DNA from: Geosiphon pyriformis uo1
Taxonomy: Eukaryota; Fungi; Glomeromycota
DNA length: 64,000 nt
Assembly: GCA_016748015.1 (NCBI GenBank)
Contig: JAAOMT010000697.1
Coordinates: forward strand, 628,868-692,867
Reading direction: 5' to 3'
Positions 1 to 11,935 of this stretch are shown here, in pieces. Each line of letters starts with the position of its first letter. The first letter of the stretch is position 1. Under the pieces are notes generated by a model that saw nothing but the letters and a program-made list of their open reading frames with translations, had not been told where the DNA came from and searched no databases. The translations under genes and the position numbers were made by a program.

Positions 1-1603
1 GAGCAATTTCGTCATTTTCGTAGCATGCTATGTCGATATAGATATTATCGTCTTCATCTTCAAAAGCATTAATATGGTGAAACCTAAACAAAAGAACATG
101 TGTTAGCTAGTTTTATTAACCTTCTAATTAAGAAAAACTATATAATACTCACGCAAAACACGCGTCTGATTTATAAGTTACAATGTGCTCCTTCTTTGTT
201 CGTGATATTACATAAAATAAAGTAGGCTCTTCCGGTCTAAAGGTAAATGAATCTAAAATATTATCCGACCATTTGAAATTGAGACCGGCATTACGCCCAT
301 AAAAAGGAAAAAGAACCTGAATATGGGAGTAATTTTCATGACAAAAATGAACATTAGAGTCAATGTGTTTAAATGTGATGGTCAATTTGTTTGACTTGAT
401 TAGAAAACAGACTTACTAAAATAATAAAACGTGGGGTGACAGCAAAACTATGAACATAGGATGCTTTTGCAGTTATTGTAGCAATTAAATACCCATTTGG
501 GTATTTCTCAGAGAGCGCAAAAAAGTTATACTTTGTACCGAGAGTGTGATATTCCATATTGAAGTTTATCAATTCGCGAGTGGTCTCATCAAAGTGTGAA
601 TGGGGGGCAGCATGATCTCCTTTGAATAGGGGATTTAATTCTTCCCAAGAATATACACGTGTCGGAGTCAAATCATGCGCGTCTAGTTCTACTACTTGAC
701 TGGCATGATTTTGACAATATATTTTTGGTTTTTCCCCAGCTTTAGTCAAAGGAAAATTGCCATTAATGTAAGCGTTGCAAGGTTCTAACTCGGGTTTTGT
801 TGTTCGTTTTTTCGTTATTAATTTGGCAAGAGGAGTTTGGCTGATATATTTGAAAATATCTGTTATTTAATACTTCAAATGTAAAAATAAATCAACAGAT
901 AATTCTTACTTAACGTGGGTCTTGAATAAAGAGAACGGATGAGTCGTCACAATTCCATGACGATCTCGTATTTTTGATTCGTATTTTTTGCTGGTATGCC
1001 TCGATCGATATATTATTGTATTGCTTCCACCGTCCAACACAAAACGATTGATAAGAGGCAATCTTTATCACAAAACCAATAGAGCAATTAACAAAAGGAT
1101 CAAGTTTTGTGAAAAAGTAAACTTGAAGGAATTATTCAAGCATAATAATATGGATTTCACTCACCCATCAAACCAATGTCCCATAGAAAAAGTAGCGGTG
1201 CCACTTTCATACTCACCATCACCCACCTCAATCATCTTGTTATATCTTACATCGTAAGTTCCAGGTCCTACCGTAAAAAGCTCTCCATTTAACCATGAAG
1301 GCAAATCACCAGTGAGACTAAGTTCCACCGCGTGAGGAGTCTCTTTCGCGTTAAGGAATCCCTAAGATGAAAGGAGCTCAAAGGTTTTAAAAGGAGTTTA
1401 AGGCCAGGTGAGATGAACTCAACGAACCTCTTTGTACTAATTGAAAGGAGTTATAGTTCAGCGTGTACCTTGTGATAATGAAGATCAGACCTAAATCCAA
1501 AATTATTTTCATGTGAATTGTTTGAAAAGTTTCGGGTGTCTTCAGAAAGTCTTGGCTTTTCTGAAAAGTCTTGAAGTTCAACAGCGATTGAGTGTTCTGA
1601 CAT
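1..1603 (-). CDS. Carotenoid cleavage oxygenase (RPE65 superfamily, CarT/CAO-2-like); multi-exon, 3' end runs off the window
   Basis: ATG at 1603. Exon 1 is 1603-1469, followed by GT-AG intron 1468-1362. Later exons give GFLNAKETPHAVELSLTGDLPSWLNGELFTVGPG, HWFDG|LPLINRF, AAPHSHFD, ASYVHSFAVTPRFIIL and F(H)HINAFEDEDDNIYIDI, all typical carotenoid oxygenase motifs including iron-ligand histidines. Confidence 0.9.
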
Positions 1604-1888
1604 GTTCCTTAACAATGAAAAGTTTGATAAAAATGTAATTATTGATCACTGAGGGGCTATCGTGATTAATATGCTATTGCTCACCCGAGATTTTCTAGAT
1701 TCGAAAATCCAAGCACCCGGGCTCTAGCAATATAATTGGTTTCATATATATGACAACAGTAACCATTCGGAGAATACTGAAATGCAAACAGCTATTATTT
1801 ACATAAAATTATGCATGCCGAAGATTTTTAATGGCAATCAAAAATCCCCTGTATGGCTAATAGATTTTTGATAATAATTTATATAGAG

Positions 1889-4029
1889 ATGGGTGCTGAT
1901 CAAACAGAGATCACTTTTTCAGCGATGCAAATTTCATGTCAAGAATATTTAAAAGCTCTTGGCTGTTTTGACTATAACGCAGCAAATAAGATAGCCAGTA
2001 AAATATCAAAGGTAACTTTGATTTTTTTGAAGATATGCTGTCCTGTATGACAAACTTCCAAGAGTTAAAACTTTGATTTTAGATAAGTGCAGTTATTGGA
2101 AGTTTGCTCACCACTTTGGCAAAATGTGAGCTCACCTATACCTCACTGGAGTTTCTCAAGAGCAAGTTTCTTCGAAAAGACGACGTAAGCTTTAGCAAAA
2201 ATACTAAAATAGATCAATTGTGAAACTTGGTGAAAAAAGAAAGCCTGTGTGGTAAATATATATAGCGGTCTTCCAGTTTTCTTATCAACTTTTGTTTTTT
2301 CAATAGTTCCTTGATATTCTTTATTTGGAAGCACTCAAAGAAATCCAAAATATCGTGAAAACTTTAACTTCATCACCTAATATGATCGACCAAGACAGTA
2401 TAGACCATTTTATCAACTTTTCCCATGGCTTACAAGAATTCATACCTATTCGACGGGCCCAGATTCACATGTATAAATCAGGAATATTTTGCATTTGAGA
2501 AACTGGTTTTTATTTTATTTTTAATTTTTTAAAATAATTCAGATACCGCTCGCTTCCGACCGCTTTTTCCGATCTTGCCAATCACTCAGTTGTTAGTGAA
2601 ATCGAATCGATTCGAGCAAAGGTAGAAGCGAACAAATTGAGAGAGAAGCTTGGGCTTTTGGGCATTGGTGTCGAGTAGGTATATCAAGTTTCGAGTAAGT
2701 TTAAAACAGCAGTATTTCTTGTCAATATTCAAATTCTTGCTTTTATTACATGGTACTTCAATCTTTAGAGATAATTTGCTACTTTTTTAACTTCTAAAAA
2801 AATATATTATACATTTTCCAACACCCTATTAAAATGTTCTCAAAAGACGAGAATTGAGCATGCTCCGTAATTTGCTTATTGCACACACCGCAATTGTTAA
2901 TTATAATTTTAAAGACACTACTATTAACATGTACGCTGCGAAGATCGAATTAAGAGAGTGGCGTAAGATTTGCTCACATCAAGAGTACTCTGAGGTATGT
3001 ACTGGGTCTATTATTCTTTGTGTCTGGAAAGTCGCTAATTTGGTCTTTTACCTTAAGAAATCAGCAGATAAACCGGAAGAGACAACTCGAGGTTTATTTT
3101 GGCATAGCTTTTTCTCTTCAGGGTTAGAGGTAAATATTATGATCATATTCGCATTAGCTTGTTTTTCTTGATTAATTTAGCAAACTGATAACATAATTCA
3201 GATCTAATATTTCAAAGAAAAATTCAAAAGGTGGGAGGCGAGATCAATCACTTAACAACATGGAATGGCTTAGAAAATATCATTGTAATCTGACCGCAAA
3301 AATGACCCTATACTTTACCAGTGCTTTGCTTGAGCGAGAAATGACCATGAATGGTGATTTCAAAAATCTTTGGAGAAAGATTGATGCTGAAAATTATTAC
3401 GAGCTGTATGTATTTCATAGATTTATAAATTCTTAAAAAAGTCCTATTAATAAAACATCTTATCCATCATAGAATTAGAAATTTTAAAAAAAAGTCCGGT
3501 GCTCATAGTATTGCCTTGATCTATGAGGTTACAGATGACATCCAATTTCAACCACATGGTTATATATGCAATGATGTCCATTACGAAAAACCTACCGGGA
3601 TAAACTCTTTTCCGTGCATTTATTCTTATCCCAAGGTCTATATTCAATCTTTCTATTTTTATTCAAATTTGTCCTGATTAATCAGATTTAGATTTTTTAG
3701 CTCATCAAATCTGCCCAAAATTTTTTCCCGAAAATGAATTTCAACAGGAACAACCATTGGAGCATTGGCCCAATATTATTTCCATTATGCAAGGACAAGA
3801 TCCTATTAAATGTACACCATTTCATCGATCAACTCCCATTTATTTTTGTGATAAAGGAGTTGGAAGCACTTATTATATGATTCGCGTGGATGCTCACGTT
3901 GGCCTCGTGATAATATACACGGAGAAACATACACATTCTGACGCTGCAACTTCTGAATTTATAATGTCAATGGCAAATCGGCTAAGTGGCGTTGAAGTTT
4001 TGCAAAATCTTCAAAAATTGACTGACTAA
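1889..4029 (+). CDS. KICS2: KICSTOR complex subunit C12orf66/KICS2 (DUF2003) homologue, multi-exon; start codon approximate
   Basis: Spliced peptides CQEYLKALGCFDYNAA, SLLTTLAKCELTYTSLEFLKSKFLRKDD, ELSMLRNLLIAHTAIVNYNF, WLRKYHCNLTAKMTLYF, GYICNDVHYEKPTGINSFPCIYSYP and EHWPNIISIM...YFCDKGVGSTYYMIR. They match, in order, the conserved blocks of animal C12orf66 as recalled; not searched. Confidence 0.8.
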
Positions 4030-5031
4030 ATGACGCAATTATGCTAAAAGGGCAAAATTCGAAGATCTCTTAATTTCTCACAGTTCCTCTGCCTTTGAAA
4101 TTTAAAAATTTTGCTTTCTTTTATGTGTTGTGATTTTACGTGAAAAATGAAATCTTCAATGTTCATTAAGTGTGAAAACTTAATCCTGCCAAGGAAAGGC
4201 ACGATTATTTTACTTTGATAAACAGTTGGGTTATGATCAATAAGTATTTTTCTGAAATTTTTAAGACCAGTTCAAGGAGATAACTTTATTGTAAATAGGG
4301 TCAATTGATAAGACTCAAGCAATTGTAAATTTTCTTTTTCCTTGAAAAGCGTATTTATTCAACTGAACGTCAAAAAATACGATTATGCCTTGATTAAATC
4401 TATTTTAAAAGAGTCATTAAATAGAGATTCTCAAGCTGAAAAAGCCTTCATTTCTAAATAGTTTCCCAAAGTGTTGTCATTAATATATTTTTATTCATTT
4501 CAGAGATAAAATAAATTTTGAGAAGTCCAAAATTTGGAAACTTTTCTGTAAATTGAGCCCTCTAGCTAGTCAATTGAAAAATGAGAGCATAAAATAATGG
4601 CTAAGACTCTGAATTTAATATTTCAACTTGTAGCAAAAGAACCGTGCCTGAAATGAGAAAATATTATTTTATTCAAAGAAAGTAAATTTTCAAAAAGTTG
4701 CGAAGAGAATGATTTTAATAAAAAGTGTCTGCAGTTGTGTGAAACATTGTTTTAAAACAGGGGGGAGTGAGAAGGAGATATCGGTGTCAACAAGACATTC
4801 CCATGAGGAAATGGTCGCAGCAGATTCCCAGAATACCTAACTCCAGATATGACGAAGCCCATGTTTGAAAAAGGGACCCAAACAGACTATAGTATTTATC
4901 TGAATATTACAAAGCTGATGAATCTATGTGTTCAATCCAAAAACTTTCTAGTCTTCTGCTGACAGAGTCTTGTGCTTCTTTGAAGAAATTAAAGCCAATC
5001 TGATAATATCATCTTCTCCCATCAAAGATGC

Positions 5032-6883
5032 TTATCCCTTTATATCTACCTGAAAATCCCAACGATTCTCCATGAGGCCTTTAGCGGTATCCTCCAATAA
5101 TACTTCCCTCCTACTTCCAACATAGACAGTCTTGTCCAAGACTTGTTGTTTCAACTCTGTAATCTTCTCGGCCTCAATAGGTTTCTCCAATAATTCGGAA
5201 AGTTGTTCAACAGCCATTTCAAGATCACGTTGGTTGTCCTCGAATATCTCAGTTTGATTATTGCGTGCAAGATAAAATGCAAAAGCGTACGTCCACTTCA
5301 GGGTCATTCGACATTGAACTAGAATATCGACAGCCTTCTTGAGAAATTGAACTTCAATCCAAGATAAATCGGATGTTTGTTGCATTTCTTCCATTTTCTT
5401 TTCAGTCTTGAGGTAAAGCTCACGATCAAGTTTTGCTGATTGCTCGTGATTCGCAAATCGATTGTAATACTAAATTTAGAAAAAATGATATGGAAAGAAT
5501 TTAAATAATTTATACTCTTTTTGCGACCATAGAAAAATAAACAAATTGAAAAACCATAAATACATGGAGATATCGTTCGAGTGATGCTCGAGACTTTGCC
5601 TGTTGATCTCTTGCATCTTGACTGCTTTTTTCGTCAAATCGATTACAATTATACCAGCTCGTACCATGCTCAGACCAGGGACCCATGCAAACCCAACAAA
5701 ATTCATATTTGCATTTCCTACAAGTCATATGATTACACCCACCATTCTTTTCAATGGTAGAATGACATTTACTACATTCTTTTGTATGAGCTGATATCCA
5801 ATTAGCTGTCTCTGAATCATCTTCACACTTTTTGATCCATCTTTTAACAAGAGCACAAATAGATGGTTGATGATCAGCCACACCACAACCAAAGCAAAAG
5901 CGATGATGACAATCACATTCAACAGTTGGCACGATACTAATCAAAGAAGTTTGAGGGACATGACATTCAATAGCATATTCACAGCTTGGAGCAGGACACC
6001 ATCGCAGATAGTCATTATCGTCGACGTATGTTCTATTCAATAAGGTTCGATACCTAGAAGAGTAGGAATTTCGAGAAGTTGGATGATCGCAAATTTAGGT
6101 TTAAATTGATGCGTAAATAATGCAATATAAATACCTAGCTTGAACATCTTTCTTCACAGCCAACGCGACAGTTTTTTCATCCACAATGACGTTACAATTG
6201 TTTGCCATACATAATATTCTTCTACTTTCCCCTTCTTCTTTGATTTTTTGTGTCAAATAATGTTCATAACAGTCCCGACAGAAACGATCATTGCAAGACA
6301 AAGCAAGGGTCTCTAAATTTTTATCGTCATTGCAACAAATGTCGCATACAAAACTGCGGACTTTTGTAAATTTTGGTGCCCTGGAGTTCTCTGTGATTAC
6401 TCCAGCCTGCTTTAATACATCCACAGAGTCATCCATATACCGTTCGATAAGGCGTTCTTTATTCCATCGAAAGTGACGCAGAAGCGTCGCAACATGTTGT
6501 CTCTCAATCCCAAGAATATTTGAAACATGATTAACTTCCTCTTCCTGTTGTTTAACTATACCATCGACCGAGTGAACTTTAAACTCAACCTCATAATTTT
6601 TTGGTCGATCTTTATCGGCAACGACATCGGTAAAGTTGAGATCGCCATCATCGTCCAGAGGGTCGGGTTCTTCTTTTATATCAAGAAAATGACTTTTGTA
6701 AGTTTCTCATTACCAAGTCAGGAAGCGGGGAAATTCAGGGTGAAAAAAAATTAAATGCATTTTATAATCAAGAAATTCTTTAAACATACCGGACTCGTAC
6801 ATAGAAGCATCTTCGTCTTCTCCGTCTTCGTCTTCATAAGGGTCATAATCTTCCAAATAATCTTCTTCGGAGTTGTCCGACAT
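5032..6883 (-). CDS. ARIH1: Ariadne-family RBR E3 ubiquitin ligase (ARIH1/Hel1-like)
   Basis: Acidic N-terminus MSDNSEEDYLED, RING1 CDICC...FCRDC, IBR WCPAPSC...HRFCFGC...HQP, RING2 KECSKCHSTIEKNGGCNHMTC, Ariadne domain LKWTYAFAFYL. Three GT-AG introns. Confidence 0.95.
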
Positions 6884-7779
6884 AGTTTCAATTTTTCTTT
6901 TCTTACGCTGTGGTGAAGTCGTCTTGACTGGTGAGCACGTAAAACCACAAATTTGATTAAGAATGAACCCTGCACAGTAATTCTAAAGACAAAATAACAT
7001 GAAAGAGTAAGGAGTCTCGGTGGATCGCTTTTATAATTGGGCAAAGCCTCCGTAGTCCGCAATAAGTGACTAATCAATGGGGTTGCTTGATGTACTGCGG
7101 CCTGAAGAACAAAGGATGTATCACAAAGACTCGCGCAAATCACCTGATATAACATCAACGAGCAGTATTTTCTAGTTGGACAAAAAATGAATTTCAAGAA
7201 TATTTTTTGCAAATTTTTAATCAATGTTAAAATTCAATTTGAAAAAAATACATAATGCTGTTTTAATAATTTTAATAATTGCTAATTAATATTTTTAATT
7301 TATATTAGAAATTTTTAAATAATAAAAAACATATATAATTAAATTGAGAATTATTATAATAAAAATTGATGTATAAATAAAATTTTAATATAAAAACACA
7401 TATTTTAAACTTAATTATATATATTATAAAATAAGAATTATGAATTAAAAATAAAATAAATATTATAAAAAATAACAATTTTTTTTAGTAAAAACAAAAA
7501 ATTTTTGAAAATTTTTGAAAAAATTATAAAAAAACAAAGACCAAAAAATTAAAAAATAATTTTAGTATTTTTTTAATCAGTAAATGTAAATTTTATTAAA
7601 AATACATTAGTAAAAATCTTATTTTAATTTTTACTATATTTTAAAGTTTATTTTTAAAAAAAATTGTTTTTAAATAGCATAAAAGCTTTAATATTTAAAA
7701 TAAATACACATAATTAATAATATTTTTTATTAAATCATAATTAATAAAAATGTGTTTAAATTAGTTTTTAGAAAAATTT

Positions 7780-9540
7780 AATATATATTTTTATATAATT
7801 TTTTTTTATTACATATTTAATAAGTACAGTTTAACTATTATTTAGAAATTAGAAACAAATTAAGTGTTTCAAAGCTAAATATAGTTTACATATTTTTTAT
7901 ATATAATTAGTTACTTAAGTCAGTTTATACTATATTAATATTTTAAAAAAAACTTACTTAAAGAAAACATTTTTTAAACAATCTTAAACAATATAGTACT
8001 ATTATTAATCAATTTAATCAGCCACTTGGCTATTTTTAAAATATTAATCTTAATATTAATAAGTTTATGTTTCTATAATAATATTAAATTAAAAAACATA
8101 TTATTATCAACTACAGACAAATTTATATAAAAACCAAACATATTAATGTTTTCATAGTCATACTTAATTTTTAAAACAACAACTTTTTATTTTAACTTAT
8201 TAATTACTTTGCTAAAGATACTTATATATACCAAAATCTTATTAAATTTAAAGCCAAATACACTACTTAAAACCAAATTATTATTATTGATAAATTGTTT
8301 AAATATAGTAACCAAAGAACTAACCAGCTTAACAATAAACTTAACCAAAACAAAAAACTTGGTCAAACTAAACTTTAAAAAGGTTAACCAAAAAAAAACC
8401 ACAGAAACATTAATCACTATATTAACAAAAAAAGCAAAACCAATTGGAGAACTAGAAACTAAAAAAGACACAAAAATAATAGCTTTAATATAAAACTTAA
8501 TTTCAACAAAATAAGACACAAAAGTTTTGAAAGTTTTAAAAAAAAGAAATTAAGATACTTCATAATTAACAGCCAAATAATTCAAATCTTAATACTTAAA
8601 ATAGCATTAATATTTAGAAGTTTTTTATCAAATACAATACTTTTTTAAAGTATCAATTCAAATAACAGCAGTATTTAAATTATTTTATAACTAAAACAAA
8701 CTGAAAATACAACCAAAATTAAGTAAATAAAAAATAAAACAAGTTTAATTATCAATTTAAGAAATTATATTACTAATTTTATAGGCAGTACAGCCAAAAA
8801 AAAGATTGACCAACTTGATTTTAAATTTATTATGAAACAAAATAGTCTTATTTTGATTTATTAAAAAAAAAATTCTAATACTATTCTTACTCAATAAAAC
8901 TGACTAATAATTTCAAAGCAAATACAACAATATCTAAATTCTTAAAATAAATAACTATATATTGCCAAATATTAATAGACTTTAATACAACACAAATGAC
9001 TTTTCCAAACACATTAAATGCTATTTTAATATTAGCAGCAAATATATCTAAAAACATATTATGCAATATAATAGCAGCAAAAAAAAAACCAGACTCAGAA
9101 ATCACCAAAAATTTGGCAATTTTAAAAGTAATTAGACAAACAAAGCTTCTATGTTCAACCAAAAATGCAGTTTTCAAAGACTTTTAAGAAATAAACTCTA
9201 TATAAAAAACCATTACATTATTTTTTACAACTAATTTTGCATTTAAAAAACCATATATAGACTGAAAAACAGTTCTAATATAAGTTAATTTGATCTTAAA
9301 AGTAGTATTAAACACCAAAATAAAGACTATTTATTCAATAAACTTTTAATAACCAGTAATAATTTTTTAAGCTCTATTAGTAACAACATTAAAAACCAGA
9401 AAAAAAAATGATAAATCAGTTTCTATTTGATTAATTCAGTTCTTAAAAACAAGTTATCTAACAAAAAACTATTGTTTTGCTTTTAAAACTAATAAAGATT
9501 TATTAAAAAACACCATATTTAGCAATACAGCTAGTAGTTA
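7780..9540 (-). mobile_element. Extremely AT-decayed TE relic, probably the ORF1 region of a non-LTR (LINE-like) element
   Basis: Very AT-rich, near-absent CpG, no intact ORF. Minus-strand remnant peptides resemble the better-preserved relic at 16-18 kb. Boundaries approximate. Confidence 0.4.
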
Positions 9541-11935
9541 ATCTTAATCTATCTTATATAATATATCAGATAATGTAATAAAGATTTCATTTAAAATCTT
9601 ATTTAAAATCACAAAAAGATTTAATATAACAATAGCAAAAACAAACAACTGTTTTTACTTTTTAGAATTTTTGGTTTTTTTGGCTATTTTTAAAGAAGTA
9701 GTATTAATAGCATTAGATGTAGCAATAATAATTGAAAAAACCAGCTTGTTAACTGGCTTATTATTAAAAACTTTTGGGCTCTTAGTAAAAATAGAGACAA
9801 TATTAAGATTAATTCAAGTATGTTTTTTAAAAGAACCTTAACTAGTAAAGAACCAGTATTACATATGATTATTTGAGATGTTGATACAAATAACAAACCC
9901 ATAACTTGGTGCTCAATAGCTTAATAATATTGGTAAATCTGAAGGTTTTTGTGATTTGAAGATTTTAGTTGAGTTCTTTGTATAATAAACAGATATTCAA
10001 TAATTGTTTTAATACTCTCTCAGAAGCTTATTCTATGAATTTCTTTCTTTAGTTAGTGGCCAGTTTATTCTGATAGTTGTGCTTTTCTGATAAGCTATTC
10101 TCAATTTTATAAGTTCTTTATCTTTGTTTTATGGGTTTTTTACTAAGCTATTTTTGATATTAAAATTATTCAATACTTAATCTTTTTAATCAGTTAGTAA
10201 GTCAACAAAACAAATGAAAAAAAAATGAAAAAAAATAAGAAATTAGTATCTTATCAATAACTGTTGTTACAGTTTAAGAATTTAGCAAAAAGAATCATAA
10301 AAATAATACAAACTATTCAATCATAATATAGCACAGTAATAATCTTAAAAAGGTAATAATTAACATAGTAGCAAACACCATCTCGCAATAGTGGCAAGCA
10401 CCAGTTCACAATAGCAGCCAACACCAATTGGTGATAGCAGCAAGCACCAGGTTGAAATATCAAAAAGAAAGTATTTTCTCGTAGAACTACAAACATGTAT
10501 ATATACAGTAGTTTTAATATTGGGAAAGAANNNNNNNNNNNNNNNNNNNNNNNNNNNNNNNNNNNNNNNNNNNNNNNNNNGTGAATAAATACGTTGTTTC
10601 TTTATTGATTGAGTGACAGTTTTCTTTGGCGTTTGAGCTGGTGTTTCTAGTTTTTGCTGGTTACTTTCCTGATTAGTTTCTAAATTTTCTTTGGTTTTGT
10701 TGGTGCATTCCCTAGTGTTTTCTGTGGATATTGGAAAATTTTTGTTGGCATATTGCTCAATTTCTCGATGGATTTTGACAATAGTTGCAGCTATTACTGC
10801 TACTTCTTTTGTAGTGTATTGTGATAATTTTCTATACAATCCAAGTTTTGCGTCGTGTGGTTCTTCTTCCTTTCCTATATGATAATTTATTCTGGCATTG
10901 ATATAATAAGTGAGGACAGATTCTGCTAGACAACACCCTTCTGGTAATCCAAAATCACTTTGATTTTGTGTGTAAATAGCATGGCAGAATTCAAGAACAG
11001 TAAGATTAGGGGTTTTTGTCGCCACTTTTGTCTTTTCTTTTTTAGCAATAAATTATTGCTAATTATTATTTCCTTTTTGATTTTCTTTCCTCGTAGGGTT
11101 CACCAAATGTTATGGGATGGTTTTCTTGTTATATNNNNNNNNNNNNNNNNNNNNTAAAAGCTTTATTGTGAGAATTAGAAAAGCGCTAAAGACCATTAAC
11201 ATTCTGTGTTTCTAGATTAGAGAAACACATCAGGCAATTGCAAGGATAGCTTCAGAGAAGACTCCAGACAGTGGGTAGATTTCAGTTCAGCCTCTGAGAA
11301 GGAGTACATAAACACACACAACAATCAAGAATTAAAGAATAACTTACATCGCAACAGTAAAAAGAAAGCCTTTAGTGTAACAGTGACATTATCACACAAA
11401 TAGAATTGAGGAACTCACGAAAGACTGATTGCAATTAAAACGGGATATCAGCAATTAAATATAACAAGAAAACCATCCCGTAACACTGTAATCAAGAGCT
11501 ATTGGTTCAGTATGGTTAAGTATTGAATTTTATTAACATAGAATACTAATAGAATAGAAGTGATTAATATTTCTTTAATTAAACAATGATAACATGGATT
11601 CAGATAATGATTGATATTTTATTAATATGATTTAATTTTACTTTAAATTGTAGAAAACTACTTTTGAAAAAAAAAATATTAGATATTTAATTGATGATTG
11701 GTATCTATTCTGCAAGGATTCTGCCTTTTCTGTTTTTAATACTCTTACTATATATACATAATTACTGTTATATGAGATTTTTTGAATTCCTTTAATTCTT
11801 CTAGCCAAAAATCTTGAAATTTCTGAAATCTTGTAATTTTTTGAAAGGAATCCTGAAATTTCTCTTTTACTACCCTTATTTCTAATTGGCTACTTTATCT
11901 TTTTATTAAGAATTTCTAAATTTCTATGAGTAATA
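9540..11935 (-). mobile_element. Decayed Gypsy 5' LTR (11935-11486 plus 10264-9857), PBS and gag start; LTR split by a younger insertion
   Basis: The minus strand starts TATTACTCATAG, like the LTRs at 55186 and 55842. It shares TAGCTCTTGATT, the GGATTCC subrepeats and the 3' end ...GAGCACCAAGTTATGGGTTTG...TGTAATA. It is followed by a PBS-like CTGGTTCTTTACTAG. Confidence 0.8.
10265..11485 (+). mobile_element. Young Gypsy LTR retrotransposon, collapsed in the assembly, with 4-bp TSD CTGT
   Basis: Termini TGTTAC(10265)...GTAACA(11485), flanked by CTGT at 10261-10264 and 11486-11489. The internal contig 10581-11134, between N gaps, carries an LTR end, PBS TTTGGTGAACCCTACGAGG and an intact gag N-terminus (MATKTPNLTVLEFCHAIY...) homologous to the gag at 56777. 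That contig appears inverted. Confidence 0.8.

Noticed and set aside
11108-11485. 27-bp terminal inverted repeats suggesting a MITE or DNA transposon
   Set aside because: Both arms are the same LTR 3' end. One lies on a small contig between N gaps, is followed by PBS and gag, and is best explained as an inverted scaffold placement.
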